Below are positions 1 through 13,587 of a DNA stretch of 64,000 nt, in pieces (within the stretch, counting starts at the first letter, position 1; each line of letters starts with the position of its first letter). A model generated the notes under the pieces. The model was not told the DNA's origin. It saw only the letters and a list, made by a program, of their open reading frames with translations, and did not search any database. Source of the DNA: Microthyrium microscopicum. Taxonomy: Eukaryota. Made by a program: the position numbers and the translations under genes. The stretch spans positions 1,146,882 to 1,210,881 of the forward strand of contig MU004240.1 in NCBI GenBank assembly GCA_010405405.1, written 5' to 3'.

Positions 1-887
1 CGACCCCAAAGCCAAAAACACAGAAGGCCTTGTACGCGCACATCTAATTACCACCTCTGACAGCGGCCTCATCACCGTCGCTGGCGGGAAGTGGACAACA
101 TACCGTGAAATGGCCGAAGAAGGAGTCGACGCCGCCATCAGCACATTCAATCTCACACCGCGCACGCTATCCCAGCCACCACGCGTCTCAGGCACGCATA
201 TCGTTGACGAAGCAGCGCTCTTCGATGGCTCCTGCCAAACACACCAAGTCAAGCTTGTAGGCGCCCATGGCTTCAGCAAAACTCTCTTCATCAACCTAAT
301 CCAGCACTTTGGTCTCGAGACTGAAGTCGCACACCATCTAACCACATCATACGGCGACCGCGCATGGATGGTCGGCGCACTCTGCGCTCCTACAGAAGAG
401 CGCTTCCCTGTTCGTGGAAAACGTATATCCACGCTCTATCCAATCGTCGATGGCGAAGTACGCTATGCTGTGCGTCACGAGTATGCTCTCACAGCCGTCG
501 ATGTTTTAGCACGCCGTACGAGACTGGCCTTCCTCAACGCACAGGCCGCCCTTGAGGCATTGCCAGGCGTCATCGATCTGATGAGTGCGGAGCTGGGCTG
601 GGATAAGAAGCGGGAAGAGCTGGAGTGGAAGAACACGGTGCAATTTCTAGCGAGCATGGGTTTACCGGCGGGCAAGATGAGCTTGACGAGGAAAGACGTG
701 GAGAGTGGGAAGGCGAGACAATATGCTGGTAAGTCTACAGCCATGACATTGGAAAAATTGTGGTTGCTAATGGTGTGCAGATGAGGAGTATCAGCTTTAT
801 GCAAGACATGATAATCCGGCGGATGTGCTGGAGTCTGATAAGAAGTTTTTGACGAAAATAGCATCTGAAGCGAGTTTGAAGAAATGA
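1..887 (+). CDS. GUT2: Mitochondrial FAD-dependent glycerol-3-phosphate dehydrogenase, 3' part (5' end outside window); intron 729-780
   Basis: Frame from base 2 reads DPKAKNTEGLVRAHLI...GLITVAGGKWTTYREMAEE, then YGDRA and EYALTAVDVLARRTRLAFL, all GlpD/GUT2 motifs. GTAAGT(729)..GCTAAT..CAG(780) intron; last exon ends at TGA 885-887. Confidence 0.93.
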
Positions 888-2353
888 AGTTGACTTGTTG
901 GAATAGACATGAGAGATGTAGCATATAGACATTCGCTTTAGAGCGATTTAAAAAGGTTCCCTCTTACTTTGTATAGAGGTATTTACACCGCATTGTGATG
1001 GGTCATGGTTTTATATAGCATGTATTGGCTTCCATGTATAGATGAAGCATAATAATAGACTTTTCTTCTTCTTCCAACCTTGGAAACCTTGGCATCTTTG
1101 AACCCCTCCTGATGCCTAGCAGACGCGCTTACAGTAGCACTCTAGTCTACATGTGCTGTTGCAGCTCCGTCCTCTAAAGCATCATGAATACTGTAGTGCC
1201 AGAACTAGCAATGGTGTGGGCGACAAGCGCACCCCCCATCCTACACAAAGGCAACAATACCACCTGAATGAGTGGGGCCCAGCACTACCAGTCGTCAGCT
1301 GCTCTACCTTCCACCCATGGAAGCATTCGCGTTCTACACAAGAAGCAGAAGCTTGCTTTCTGCGTCTTCTATCATGCATTGAAGTGGCTTAGATTCAAAG
1401 GTTATCTGCTATGTGGTCACTGGCTTCCGTAGAGCAGTTACAGTACCTTTGAGCAGGTCATTGAATGGGACTTTGTTCTCATGGCACTGGAGCGAGCGAG
1501 TGTGGAGAAGTACGTTCTGTAGATGGGGGGATGAGCTGTTTGAGTAAAGACCAAGTTACCTCGCGTGTAGTTGCTTCACGTGCCGATGATTTGGAGATAT
1601 GTACCAGAGAATCGTGCTATAGCTGGTCGTATAGCTAGGGAGCTGAAGGGACGAGCTGACACCGCATGTAAACAACAAAAGACAAGCACGCGAATCACAA
1701 GAGAAGATGATCAAGATGAATGTGGATGGAAAAATACTACCCAGTGAGGGCGTTTGTCTATTAGGCTTTTGCCGTCCTAAGAGACGCCGTAATGGCTTTT
1801 GACAGCAAGCGCTCTATCTACTAGCCTATCAGCGGGTACAGACCCGGTCCAACCCCAAGTTTGGTTCTGAGTAATATTCCCTAGAACCACCAAAAAAAAA
1901 TAGCACAATGAAAAGCGTCTCCAAGCCGTCAATCTTGGTATCTTTCATTGCCCGAAATAACCCCTAGCCAGCGTTTGGCGAGTGAAACGCTGGTATGCAT
2001 AAGAGAAGAAAAAGAAGTTGGCCATGCGGTATGCCAGAAAGAAACATTGAATGCTCCAGAGCGGATGAATATTGTGAGAGGAGTCGGAACGCTCAGTGCC
2101 GGATCCGAGGGGTGAGAAGAATTAGATATAGCATGAAGATAGTACGCCATCGAGGTCATCTAGAAGAATCCGTAGCCAGTAGTTCGTTATATATCCTGGT
2201 ATCAAAAGAAGATGCAGAAAACATAAAATCGTAAGTGCGCTGATTGAGACATCGCTTGCAATCTGAAAATGCGCTTGGTTATAATGCCTTTATTGAAGCA
2301 TCGACTCCAAGTGGTTTGAAATGGTCCCCAGTGTTGTTTCAATATTTTACATT

Positions 2354-3769
2354 TTAAAGATTTTCGAGATCGTGCTGATCTGGCTTTTTCCTCCAACCAA
2401 AGCTGTATCGCATTCGCTTCCATGGATTGCCACGACCAGCTGGGCCTCCTGCTGAGACTGGACTGCTTCCCATGTCTCCGGCTGGAGGCGTGGTAGGAGG
2501 AGTCATTGGATCACCACTTGGAGAAGGGGTTGAAGTACTGTCCATACTATGGGTCTGTAGAGGCGGTGGTACGAGATCTGTATCCATAGACATGCTGTTG
2601 TAATCCGCGGGTGGAGATGGGGTCAGATCTGGAAAGCCAGAAGTCGGTCCACTTTGGAGACCGGCTGAAATGCCAGAAAGTGGCCTTGGCGATAAGGAGT
2701 TGGAGTGAGGTATTTGCATACCATGGCGAGCGGAGTGTGAAAGTGTCCTGGCGAACTGAGTAATGGCTGATGGGGCGGATGCTCGATGATGAACTGATGG
2801 CGATAGAACAGGGGGAGAGGCTGACGTAGATGGAGTCGATGATGAAAGTGGAGGTGATGCGGAGAGTGGTGAGCCTCGCCGTCTTATCTTCTTTGTTCTC
2901 GAGCGAAATAGACTCCTTTCGTCGTAAGAACCAGAGTTTGTGAGATCTTCTGCGGATGATGAATTGGAATCAGGTTGAGCGGTCTGAGGGAAAAGGCTGT
3001 TAAGGAATGGAACAAGCACAGATTCTTCCATCAGCTCATGAACCTTTTCAATTGCAGTATGGAGAGTATCAGGGTGTGGAGGAAGAAGAGATGTATCCTG
3101 GGAAAGTAGACCGTCTCGGACATCACTTGGTAGATTGACTTCCCGGATGCCATTGGGTTGAATATAAGCTTGCATCAGACGTTGCCAAAGACCATTCATA
3201 TGCTCGCTCTGCTCACTTCCTGGTTGTATCTGTCCACCAGGTGATCTTGATGATACTTTGTCAAAGTGCTGTCGGTAGCGTTTTGCGTCCATTGTAAATT
3301 CCAAAGTTTCCAAGCAGTGATTGTGGGAGAGATATGCCATAAACGCACTTAATGTCCATGGTGGAGGTGATTGATTCGCGAGTATTTCGGAGAGGTTTGG
3401 TCTTCTAGGACAATAGGCGCCTTGAGCTTTGAATTGATCGGGTATGGCGACAGTCAGAGGCCGTGCCTGAGGTGACCAGCTAGACATTGCGGGAGGAGAA
3501 TGATTGTCTTGTTCGGCAAAGACGACGTCGTTGAAGGAGTATTCTCTGGTTTCGCGGGGAGAAGCTGAGCGGCGGCCAGAGGTCTTTAGCAATGGAGACA
3601 TGGACGATTTACGCTTGCCCAAGATAACAACCCACGATTTCCATGTACTTGAGCGCTGAACTATGCGAGTTGGAAGAGGTGCTTCGACACCGACTGGCAC
3701 GCACAGCAATTGCTGTGAGCGACGAGGTTCGGTAGCCAGATTGGTGGGAAGGGCTGTTGTCGGGAACAC
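2354..3769 (-). CDS. Regulator of G-protein signalling (RGS) domain protein, RgsA/Rgs2-like; true start probably the downstream ATG near 3601
   Basis: PNLSEILANQSPPPWTLSAFMAYLSHNHCLETLEF and YIQPNGIREVNLPSDVR are RGS-box motifs of fungal RgsA-type proteins; Ser/Pro-rich tail. Confidence 0.85.
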   Translation of the reverse strand: MFPTTALPTNLATEPRRSQQLLCVPVGVEAPLPTRIVQRSSTWKSWVVILGKRKSSMSPLLKTSGRRSASPRETREYSFNDVVFAEQDNHSPPAMSSWSPQARPLTVAIPDQFKAQGAYCPRRPNLSEILANQSPPPWTLSAFMAYLSHNHCLETLEFTMDAKRYRQHFDKVSSRSPGGQIQPGSEQSEHMNGLWQRLMQAYIQPNGIREVNLPSDVRDGLLSQDTSLLPPHPDTLHTAIEKVHELMEESVLVPFLNSLFPQTAQPDSNSSSAEDLTNSGSYDERSLFRSRTKKIRRRGSPLSASPPLSSSTPSTSASPPVLSPSVHHRASAPSAITQFARTLSHSARHGMQIPHSNSLSPRPLSGISAGLQSGPTSGFPDLTPSPPADYNSMSMDTDLVPPPLQTHSMDSTSTPSPSGDPMTPPTTPPAGDMGSSPVSAGGPAGRGNPWKRMRYSFGWRKKPDQHDLENL

Positions 3770-4463
3770 AACAGATGAAATGCTGGAATCTAAACAGGCG
3801 GCATGCGAGGCAGTAGTTTGGATTGGTGGAGGAGACGGGAAGCTTTTTGAAGGAATGGAAGGTAGCCCCAGGTTGGGGTGCTGGTACGGCAGATTGCACG
3901 CAGGAGAGCAAGGGTGGTTTGGTATCAGCTTTTGCGAGGTGTGTCAGAGCCTAAAAGGGCCAGCGGAAGGCGTTGGCGGGAAAGGGCAGCGGCCACGACG
4001 GATAGACAAGGTAGGGACAAAAGGAAAAGGGTGTTTGAGGAAAGAGAACAAAGAAATTAAGCGGGAAGATGCGGTCAGGTACAGGATATTGATAGAGGTG
4101 ATGGACTGCTGTGGTGGGAGAGGATCGACGAGAGCACAGATGGGCGTGGAATGAGACAAGACGTAGTGCAAGTCTCAGTGAGGAGGTACGCGGTACTGAG
4201 GGTGTTTGAGATTGTTGTTGATGATTATCTCTGGTGATTGAGAGAAAGGAGAACAAAGGGCATAAATTGTTGTAGATGGATGAGAAGTAGGCAACGGATT
4301 ATTGAGATGGAGTTGGAGGAAAGTAGTGATAAGAGACTAAAAGGTAGAAAGTAGAGAGAGCAAGAGCAACTGAGGAATAGAGTAGGTGCGGCTCATACGA
4401 AAGGAAGGAGCCAACAGCGTGATCACGATTTCATACAGCAAAGAGAGCAAGAGCCATGGAGCA

Positions 4464-4489
4464 ACCTTGACCACCTTGACCACCTTGAC
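4464..4489. repeat. Short tandem repeat (ACCTTGACC)x~3
   Basis: accttgacc accttgacc accttgac read directly, upstream of the RGS gene. Confidence 0.8.
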
Positions 4490-6750
4490 TTTCCAAGAAA
4501 GGATAGGGCGTAGGGATGTTCCTGCTCTCTCCAGGATTATGGCTGGATACCTTCTCTTAGACTCTTTCGTCCAAATATTCAACCAACCGCCGCCCAGTGC
4601 GTGCTGCATAGCCCATGTACTTTACACTTTCTCATACATACTTTAGTAACTCTTTACAGACATTACAGCCTATTTCTTACTTTACAGTGGATAATCCCCA
4701 GCGGAGTCAGAAATTCAGAATCACCAACGTCAATGCTGAACTACTGAGCTGATGCCTTTCTTTGTCCACTTCAATCACTTCGTCACATGGACTTTTCTTC
4801 TTCAGACCTTCTTCAGGAATCAGAAACCCACTGCCAATCTTGCCCTGTTGCGGTCCAGCCCAAAGCCACTGAGGGGAAAATCCACCGCTCGTTCACGGCA
4901 CGCAACAAAAAAAAACGGGCGCCTGCACCACACGCGAGGAGCGACACAGAGGCTGCAGTGCCCAAAGTCAATGCTGATGAGGGCAGCCAGTAATCCGCTG
5001 GCAAATCCACGGGTGGCGTTGCAAAGTGCATGGATGAGCCCATACCCGGATATGACTGGCTTTTTCCAGAAGAGCCAGCGAAGGGCAATGGAAGCCTTGG
5101 AAGTATCAGCACGGTGTCTTAAGCGGCCCGTCATCACTCTAGAAGGCCACTAGATACTGCTTGATGCTAGGCCCGTCTGATGAGCATTGAGCTTCTCCCG
5201 TCTCGGATCATGGAAGGAAATAATCTTCGCTTTTTAAATCCTCAACCCATACACGCCTGATATCTCAAAGCATGATCATCGCGACCGACTGCCTAAACAG
5301 TTCTCGTTTGCCTACACACCTCTTTTACTTTGCATGCCGCTTGACTTGCTTTACTACTAAAAATGTCCGCTTGTGCTTGAAGCAGACCTGGTTGGAATGC
5401 AAAATCGCAGCGGGGCAGTAATCACAAAGGGTACTTGTACCGACACATCGGACAATAATGATGAATCGCTTCTGTCATCGTTACAACGTCGATCTTAGCT
5501 GATCTTAGACAGGATTCTTGTGGTTGTCGCAGCAAAGCCGGTTCTGTGCAACGTTTCCTTTGAGAAAAGTGTTTCTTCAGAACAAAGACCCAGTGCCTTA
5601 GGTCCGTTTTGTGGCCATCTACCTAATCGAGTGGAATGAAAAACACTGGCCAGCTTGAGATCGGATCTCACTTATTTCCCGGCGCGAAATTTAGTTTCAA
5701 TTCGAATCGGTTCTGTTTGATGAGTTGCGGCGCAAAGAACATCCATCATGAGATGGGGCCACATTCCGACCTTGGCCATGTGCTTTTGGCACAATCCAAT
5801 CACCACCAAAGCCTTGATCAAGATGGGCTGCCGTGCCAGTTGGATCCTCCGAAGGAATCATTTTACTCGCTGAAGCCCCTCTAACATCTGCGCGGTGGAA
5901 GCATCTTCCCGGTTGCCACCATCACACTGCATAAGAGCAGCACAATGATTAGTGCAACCGTGATTTACTCCCGGCCTTGTCTTGCCTTGTCCATGGAACA
6001 TGATCAAGGGCTTCTGAGATTATTCTAGAAGCCTTCCACTTTAGTCATTGTGCCTAAAAGCCATGGCCCCATGCAAAAGGTCTTGGCACTAGGATGCTGA
6101 AACAGTGCGAACAGGTCAGCGTAACGTCACTCCACTCGCTGCCGGCTAACATGAAATAATCACCGTTTTGGGTATGTGCTTTTTAGTTTGAACTTCGTTT
6201 TCAAACAAAAAAAAATCCCTGGCAAAGAATGACTGGCTGGACGCCTATAGTTGCCACTATCAGGCTAAACCCTTTTTTTCTTGCTGAACACGAGCGTACA
6301 CAACGGCGGCAAGTTATGCAAGATATATCATGCGGCAAACGCTCAAACGGCGGCCAAGCGCTAATTGAATCTCTAGTCGGCGGTAATTATGTTGCAATTC
6401 ATATGCGCTTCCTACACAAATTGATGGTTTAGGAATCATAGTACCCAAACAACTGGGCCCTAGACATTGCAATTCACTTCTCAATGTTCACGGTCCATGG
6501 AAATGAATTGCTTGTATGATATTGCCAATATTCGGAAATATTTTAGATGTATTGACGCCGGTCTGTGCTGATCGCCGATGGAGGCTCAACAAGATCTCTA
6601 ATTCACTATCCGATGAGATTGTCAGAATGTTCCATAATCCTGGCGCTTCGAACGTTCCAATCCAATCCAAGCGAAAGAAGAGAACAACAATACGAACTCA
6701 ACAATCTATTCCTCGGCAAACCTGACTGCAGTGTCCAAGACATATTCGTC

Positions 6751-8475
6751 TCAGTCTGACTTGTCCAATACAGCAATTCGCGGCCCACAAGTCGTCTCCA
6801 ACGCCGCATTATCCAAGTCCCATCCCACAGCCTGCAAGCGTCTGCAAAACTCATCAAACACCTTATTCGTCTGTGCCAAACTCGTCGAGACAAGGTGGAT
6901 ATCATCACCGCCCATCGACGGCCCCACATTCGTGATACGCTCATGTACGTATTTTGCGATCACTACTGCTTGAAGCCACGCTTTGATCTGGTCTGTTGTT
7001 GAACAGCCCTGCTTCAACACAATGTCAACATGTACCCTCGGGCCCGTCCTTGCCGCCCATAGTATATACGGCTCTGCTGTATAAACTTGCGCTAAATGAG
7101 CCATGTCCAAGCTCTGCTTGCTCTTTTGTGGTGCTGTCGTCGTATTGGTGGACACGTTTCCCGGAGACACTGCTGCTCTGTCTACAAGGGCTTTTAAACT
7201 GACTCCTATTCGCGCGTAGCCAATTTTCTGCCCATTTGTCCAGCGTAGCACGCCATCGCGCTCGAATATTCTCTCGTGCGTGGATACTTGTGCTGGCGTG
7301 AGGACTTTGTCATATGCGAGGAGATTGGTGAAGAGTAGGTTTGCTCGTTGACGGTTTAGAGTGTGCATTTTTACGGCGCGGACTGCTGCGTAGTTCATAC
7401 ATAGATGTATGGACAGTAGGAGCAGGAGTAGGAGGAATGATGGAACGGGCTCGGAAATCCATGATACTACAAAACTGCCGGCCTAAGGAAATGTCAGTTG
7501 ATGGGGACGGCATGGATTGTGGTGTGTGTTTGACGTACTAGCATGCCAAGGAGTGATATTACGGTCTCTTGACTTGAGTCTTTCTGCAAAACACTGATTA
7601 ATTGACTGTATAAAATGGTTCTTGGTCTTGGTTCTTACGGCGTTGACGTCTCCGAGGTTTCCTTTTGTCGCAAAGTGTGCACTTAGTGTAGCTTTCGAAC
7701 TACCTGCGGCAACACCGCACAGTGCTCTTAGCATACTTGCGATGCTGAATAGAACCACTCGAGTAGGCTTTGGAAATGCCGGTGACAAGCAATCCAGGAC
7801 CATGGACGCATCGTTGAACACATCGGCTGCTAGTCGGTACATTTTGCATTCGGGTTCTAGAGCAGATCCTAGGCGATGGGCGAAGAGGATTGTGATGATG
7901 CGGCCAAATGATTCTTGGAAGACTGATAGGAGTAGTGCTGTAGTTGGATGTGCTTTTGAATCGCCGACTCCAACGCCTTTTGGATGTTAGGGAAGACCTG
8001 GTAGGCAATCTGATGGTGCTGGTGGCAGCCACATACCTATTAGTACAGCGCGGGAAGACAGCATGCCAGCAATAGAGCTTGAGAAAGCCTGTAGAGAATC
8101 CTATTAAGCATGAGAATTTCATCATTCTCTAGAAATGAAGTTTTTCATTACATATAACTGGTATCTGAACGCTGTTAGACAAAAACCATATAAACTGTTG
8201 TTGAGAAGCCTACGCTGCATAATCATCCGTAACGCTCGCAGGATAACCTGCTGGCAAGAATATATCCAAGAGCTGTTCCCATAGCGATTTCTGAGCAAGC
8301 GGTTTCTAGAATTCTATCAATTTCGGAACTTGATTCGTCGAGTTTGGTCGCATACTCTGATAGAGATCGGAGCTCCGTCTAGGTTGCTGTATGAACATTG
8401 TAGATGTCCGGCCTGATCATATTCAACCAATGTCGCATTTTTATCGCGTAGCTTCATTGGCTTTTGTTCCGACAT
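6751..8475 (-). CDS. RUS1 / DUF647 family protein, multi-exon
   Basis: Spliced product: DIFLPAGYPASVTDDYA-YQLY-DSLQAFSSSIAGMLSSRA, LEPECKMYRLAADVFND, CGVAAGSSKATLSAHFA, NLGDVNAKDSSQET, NYAAVRAVKMHTLNRQR. Five canonical GT..AG introns. Confidence 0.88.
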
Positions 8476-8732
8476 CCTCGTTGGATCCACAGAAATATTG
8501 ATTATTGATGGAATTGTAGAGTGGTGGCTCAAGGAGAGATGGAGTTGCGATGTGGTCAGAGTGTCCTAACCACATTGGGAAGTCGCGATACTTCAAGCAT
8601 CGATCATCATTTCGCGGCCTCGTAGACGAAGCCTGTTTAAAACGTAGTTTGTGCTTAATGAGAAAGCATACAAAGCAAATTTCGTTTGGGGGTATATAGT
8701 TGCTAAATTACAAAATCATGCATGTGGACTGT

Positions 8733-11557
8733 TCATCCACTGTTCTCAGTCTCTTTCCTTTTCCAGTTCTTGAATGCCTTTAGAAAACTCGATTGCCCCT
8801 GGGACTTTTCTTCCCGCCATTGCAACAAAGAGCCGCTGTCTTCTTCAAGATGAACCAATGGGACCATACTCGGTCTCCCGTGAGCGCACTGAAATGGGAA
8901 TGCACATTTGGCTAATTCGGTAGTCAACTGTAGACACTCGTTATGTGTTAAAGTATCATTGAACATAATGGCGCTTCGACAGGCTCGCGAGTTGATCATG
9001 TCCAGTATACCAGTCGGGCAGCGGCCAATGAGGCTAAGCCATGATGGTCTATGAGCCGTAGAAGCATTAGCAGTGATAGGCAGAGTCGTTGCTTTCTCGG
9101 AGGTTTTCCACATTTCAGTTCGCAGAAAATTGATCAGAAGACTTGGTTCTGATTTGCAGCGTTCCGAAATTGTAGGAGGCAGAGTCTTGACTATGAGAGT
9201 CTTCTCCTCCTTGTCCGAGACAGCTAGCTTATCGGAAATATCATAATTGATACCCCAATGGCCGAAATGGGAAGCTTGCCGTTGAAAGTTCTGAGCTTCA
9301 TTGGCTGGTATTTGGAAGATCAAAGGTGCTCCTAGTTCAACGTGTCGAACTAGAAATTGTCCCGTACCAGCTTCTTGCATTTCAGAGGGTTGGCACAACT
9401 CTTGGAGTAGTTGCTCCACCTTGCAGCGCTCATCTGCTGCATGTTGGTCAACCATGATCAAATCAGTAGCCAGTTGCGCACCAGAGCCACTCGGCAGCAA
9501 CATCAGGATGAACCTGCTGTCGACTTGTGCAAGTACTGTTGCATCCTGAAGAGACTGTTTGGACAACTTCGTTGCCACAGAAGTTGATGCTCCTTCAAAT
9601 GCAAAACTCGTTCCACCGAGTCGCCGCTGGTTTCCAGGTGCTGTACCTTCCGCAGCTGATGCAAGCTGCGGTATTCCAGCTTCGTTAGATCCGAAGACAG
9701 GGTTTTGCCATGTATCCAGCAGGCCATTGATCCAACCAGGTGCTGACTTTGATTCTCGAGTACTCGGTCGCATGGTGAGCCTGCGGCTGACTGGTCTGCT
9801 TGCTTGATCTGGGTCGGCGACCCGAACAGCTGTTCCGGTGCGAGAATTGACTCGATGTGACCTTTTTGTTATAGGATCGATCCATATCATTGTAGCGTCT
9901 ATGTCTGGCTCCATTCTTTCAGGGGGCTCTTGTGACGCATCTTCAGCTGTTCTCGGAGCAGGAGTTGATGATCCAGCAACGTTGGTTAAAGCAGGGGCAG
10001 CGCTCAAAGGGCGTTGCCTCATCTGCATGGTCGTCGAGCTAGGTCGGCGTGGATTGTCGTTTCTTGATATTGCAATGGGGATGAAGTCACTGTCTTCAAT
10101 ATCTCCAGTTTTTAAGCTTCGGGAACCTTGACCCAACTTTGAATGCGTCTCATTTGATCCAACAGAGCTATACTTACGGTTGGCTGACTCAATACTGAGT
10201 GGGCTCGGCGAAGTATTTCGACTTGTGGTTGGGCTACCCGTTATGCCAGTTTGCTTACGCTTCCTTGCGGATGCTCTTGAAGGAGTGCGGACACCAGGAC
10301 GGAAGTGGTTTGTCTTCAGCCAGCCAGTGATTAGAGCATCCAGAAGTTCCAATATCACCTCCATATGGGCGCTATCCTGCAATCGGTGCTGCATATCTGC
10401 AGGTGTTTGTCTGAAAGCTATGCACAACGAGAATATTGGATATCTCTCTATGGCCTTTTTGGAAGCCTTGAGGTCTTTCTGACGCGCATTGAAAGTAATC
10501 GAGCCTTGAGTAATGCTGCCCGCTCCGCTCGGTTGCCCAGTTTCATTGTCGTCGACATACAATCCAAAGTCAGATTGCTTGAAGAGTCTATTGATGTGAT
10601 CAAATAGCTCATTATATTGGGATTGTGGTGTAATCGGCCAGATACCAATGGACAAGAATTGTAGCTGTTTATTAGCCACAGGTTGTTGGCCAATGAGTCC
10701 CTTGATTGATATGGCCTTGGATGCGGCCGACGCTGGAATCCAGATTTGTTCTGCACGTAAACTCAAATATCCCGCTTGGACGAGCAATTCGGTGAACCTA
10801 GACAGAGAAGACTTCTGAAGTCCAAACAAATTCTCGGTTAAGATATCAGTATTCGTCGGTAGTGACATCGATCGCGAACCATCTACATCCAGAACCTTAA
10901 TACCTACAGCTCCAGGCCAACAAATCAAAAAGGATAATATTGACAGCTTGAGCTGGTCCCACTCTCGATCAACTTCCGTGGCTTGCTGCTGTTGAATGGC
11001 TCTGTGCTTAACGCGTACTGGCATATTACCAAATAGATCTCGAACAGTGACTCTTGTTCCATGTCCACGAAGTTGCCTTTCTTGACTCTCGGATGCTGGA
11101 ATCAGGCGAGAAAGGACTTGGGATCTATGAAAGGTGATTCGATTAGTGGATCGATACTCGGAATGTCTCGAGACGATGGTCAAAAGCGATATGGCTGATA
11201 GTGAAGCGATGAAAACCCCATCACAGCCATGTACTGTTCCTTTTTTTTCTGATTTCGAAGTTTCTTGGACGTGTCAGTACCTTCGATTCGCAATTTATAG
11301 TAAACCGACATACGGTGCAACTTTCCAAGACCGCCCGATTCAGTAAATTCACAAGGAAGAATGCCTAAGCCATCATCCTCTACGATACAGCTGCCTCGGC
11401 TGCGCTCGATTGAGATTTCAATCTTCTTTGCGCCAGCATCTAGAGAATTTGCCAGAAGCCTCAAAACGACAGAGTTCAGGGTCGTGATGGAAGCGGATGA
11501 TTTGATTTGGGCAACGACAGCATCAGGAAGGGGCTTGATTCTGCAATGTTCAGCCAT
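8733..11557 (-). CDS. MLH3: DNA mismatch repair / meiotic crossover MutL homolog; intron about 11264-11313
   Basis: N-terminal GHKL ATPase (NSLDAGA, VEDDGLGI, GTRVTVRDLFGNMPVR). C-terminal endonuclease motifs DQHAADERCKVE, SRACRSAIMFND and FPFQCAHGRPS, typical of Mlh3. Confidence 0.92.
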
Positions 11558-12276
11558 GTTCTAATCTCTGGTTTTGAGGCGTGATTGCGCCTTGGTTTAT
11601 TCAGTGATCTTCGAGACTGGTCGATTCCATGACCAACATGAAGGCAGTGCTAGCCTTCGATTAATCAGAAATACTTTTTACATTGCTGAGCAGCATTCAT
11701 GTGGATGTCTTCGCTGAGATGAAGTCCTCAGACCAAAGACCAAGCCAACTCGAATGTTCGAAGGATGAAGTTAGCAGAGTGATCAAGATGCATCGATCAA
11801 TAGATCTCGCTAATTGGAGCAAAGGCGTTGAAGAACGCCTTCGTCAGCGAGGCTAGCACATAAGCTAAGCCCAATACAGACAAGTGCTAAGCATAATGGT
11901 GGATGAGGTCAGCGCAGCCAAGCCTAATTTGAATTGCAGACAAAGGGTGAATTCAAAGGGTCCAGGGCCCAGCCAGCACCCGATCCATGATATTTCCATC
12001 GTCCTTTCATCATATTAATACTTGCTGTACTATTCGCGAAACCATTGTCCCAAAGCTCTCGCTCTACAAGCCGGCTTTCACCTAATTCATCGTCTCACGG
12101 CTCATTATCGCGCACTCTACGAGCCTCACAACTCTCTGTGAATACTCCACTCGCAACCTCTGGAGCCTGCTGTCCTTGTCCTCATAAGCTTCGAAATGGC
12201 TACCGCGGAAACCTCAGCTCGGCCCCATGGTACGACTCTACAAAATCCTCTGAGCTTTTGAGCTCCCATGTGGACG

Positions 12277-13587
12277 ATGGCTAACCTAGGTGTAGATCGA
12301 CATGGTAGAAAACATGCCTTCTCGTCCTGGATGCGACGACTTGCTACCTTAAAGCATAATGCCACGAACAATAGCAGTGTCGATCGCAAAGGAGTCAACG
12401 ACAATCTGACACATAAACAACGGAGAAATCTAGTCGCAAAGAACAATCCCTATCCGGAATCCGCCCTTCCCCTTCCACCAGTACAGCGACGAGGCCCTGG
12501 TCATTCCAGAGGACCTTCGAGTTATGCTCCTACCATGATGTCCCAGGAAACCGGTAGCATATGGTCCTACGAAGATACTATGAGTGCTCATGGTGGTCGA
12601 GTGATGAGTACAAGATCTGCAGCTCCTACTGTAGCCACAAATCCGGATACTATCCATTCAGATGCTGGGCAATCTAAAGCTGGAACAACATTTACGGCTG
12701 CCGGAGCGATGAGTGCTCGCACTGGGGGAAATAGTGCATTTTCCTCTCCTCGGCAATCTCAGGAATCTCTTACAACTACACTGACAACTCTACAATCGAC
12801 TGCACCATCGGGAATGCTGGCGCATCACCACGGTCAAGGAAATCAAGCCAACTCGTTACACTCGCCAAATCAAGTTACATACGCGCCGCATCCACCTCAC
12901 TATATACCACCCCATCTAGCTCCACATCCACAGACATACAGTAGTGCTATTGCAAATAATATGTTGACTGACAATGCCTCGGTATTGACGTTAGCTTCAT
13001 CATCCAAGCGACGACGTCGACACTCGTTGGACACGGACGCATCCGTGCGAGCCCTGGCCCCATCTTCTCTATTTGGCAACAGTCGTGAGAGTCTTCCGCT
13101 TAGTGTGCTGAGCTCCAACATTGAGAATGCTGGTGGGGCATTCACCGGTCCAATACGCCCACAAGCAGTCAGTCTCGCAAATGCTGAACGGGCCAGCGTT
13201 TACTCTGCATCTGGAGTTGTGCCTGTCATCAACAGTGAGCGAAACAGCTACTATGCTGGCAAACAGGTTGATGGCGCCAGCATTCGAAGTGGACTCTTTG
13301 GACATGGAAAGACAGAGAGTATCAGCGGCAGTATAACAGGCATAGCATCAAGCCCACTAGCTAGTCCAAAGGATGCCACTAGCCTTCAAGGACGAACCAG
13401 TCGACGCAACTCGGACTGGCAGGATCCGGAAACTCTCAACTGGGATGAGGACGAAGAGGATGAGGAACTCGGAGAGCAAGGAGACAAGGGAGGTCCTAGT
13501 GGAAGCCACCCGGAAGGAAACGCCAAACCTTCGTCGGATCAAAAAGGCAAGGGTAGACTTCTTGACTCTTCAACATCGAAGAAGTGA
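12277..13587 (+). CDS. Ser/Thr-rich, probably conserved fungal hypothetical protein
   Basis: Long stop-free ORF, ATG at 12277. Contains the block TDNASVLTLASSSKRRRRHSLDTDASVRALAPSS that I recall from Pezizomycotina proteins of unknown function. Confidence 0.7.
   Translation: MANLGVDRHGRKHAFSSWMRRLATLKHNATNNSSVDRKGVNDNLTHKQRRNLVAKNNPYPESALPLPPVQRRGPGHSRGPSSYAPTMMSQETGSIWSYEDTMSAHGGRVMSTRSAAPTVATNPDTIHSDAGQSKAGTTFTAAGAMSARTGGNSAFSSPRQSQESLTTTLTTLQSTAPSGMLAHHHGQGNQANSLHSPNQVTYAPHPPHYIPPHLAPHPQTYSSAIANNMLTDNASVLTLASSSKRRRRHSLDTDASVRALAPSSLFGNSRESLPLSVLSSNIENAGGAFTGPIRPQAVSLANAERASVYSASGVVPVINSERNSYYAGKQVDGASIRSGLFGHGKTESISGSITGIASSPLASPKDATSLQGRTSRRNSDWQDPETLNWDEDEEDEELGEQGDKGGPSGSHPEGNAKPSSDQKGKGRLLDSSTSKK

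Noticed and set aside
4752..6725. Short overlapping ORFs, and a possible ncRNA, in the long intergenic region upstream of RGS
   Set aside because: No recognisable domains and no tRNA, snRNA, 5S or telomerase-template match by eye; an Infernal/Rfam scan would be needed.
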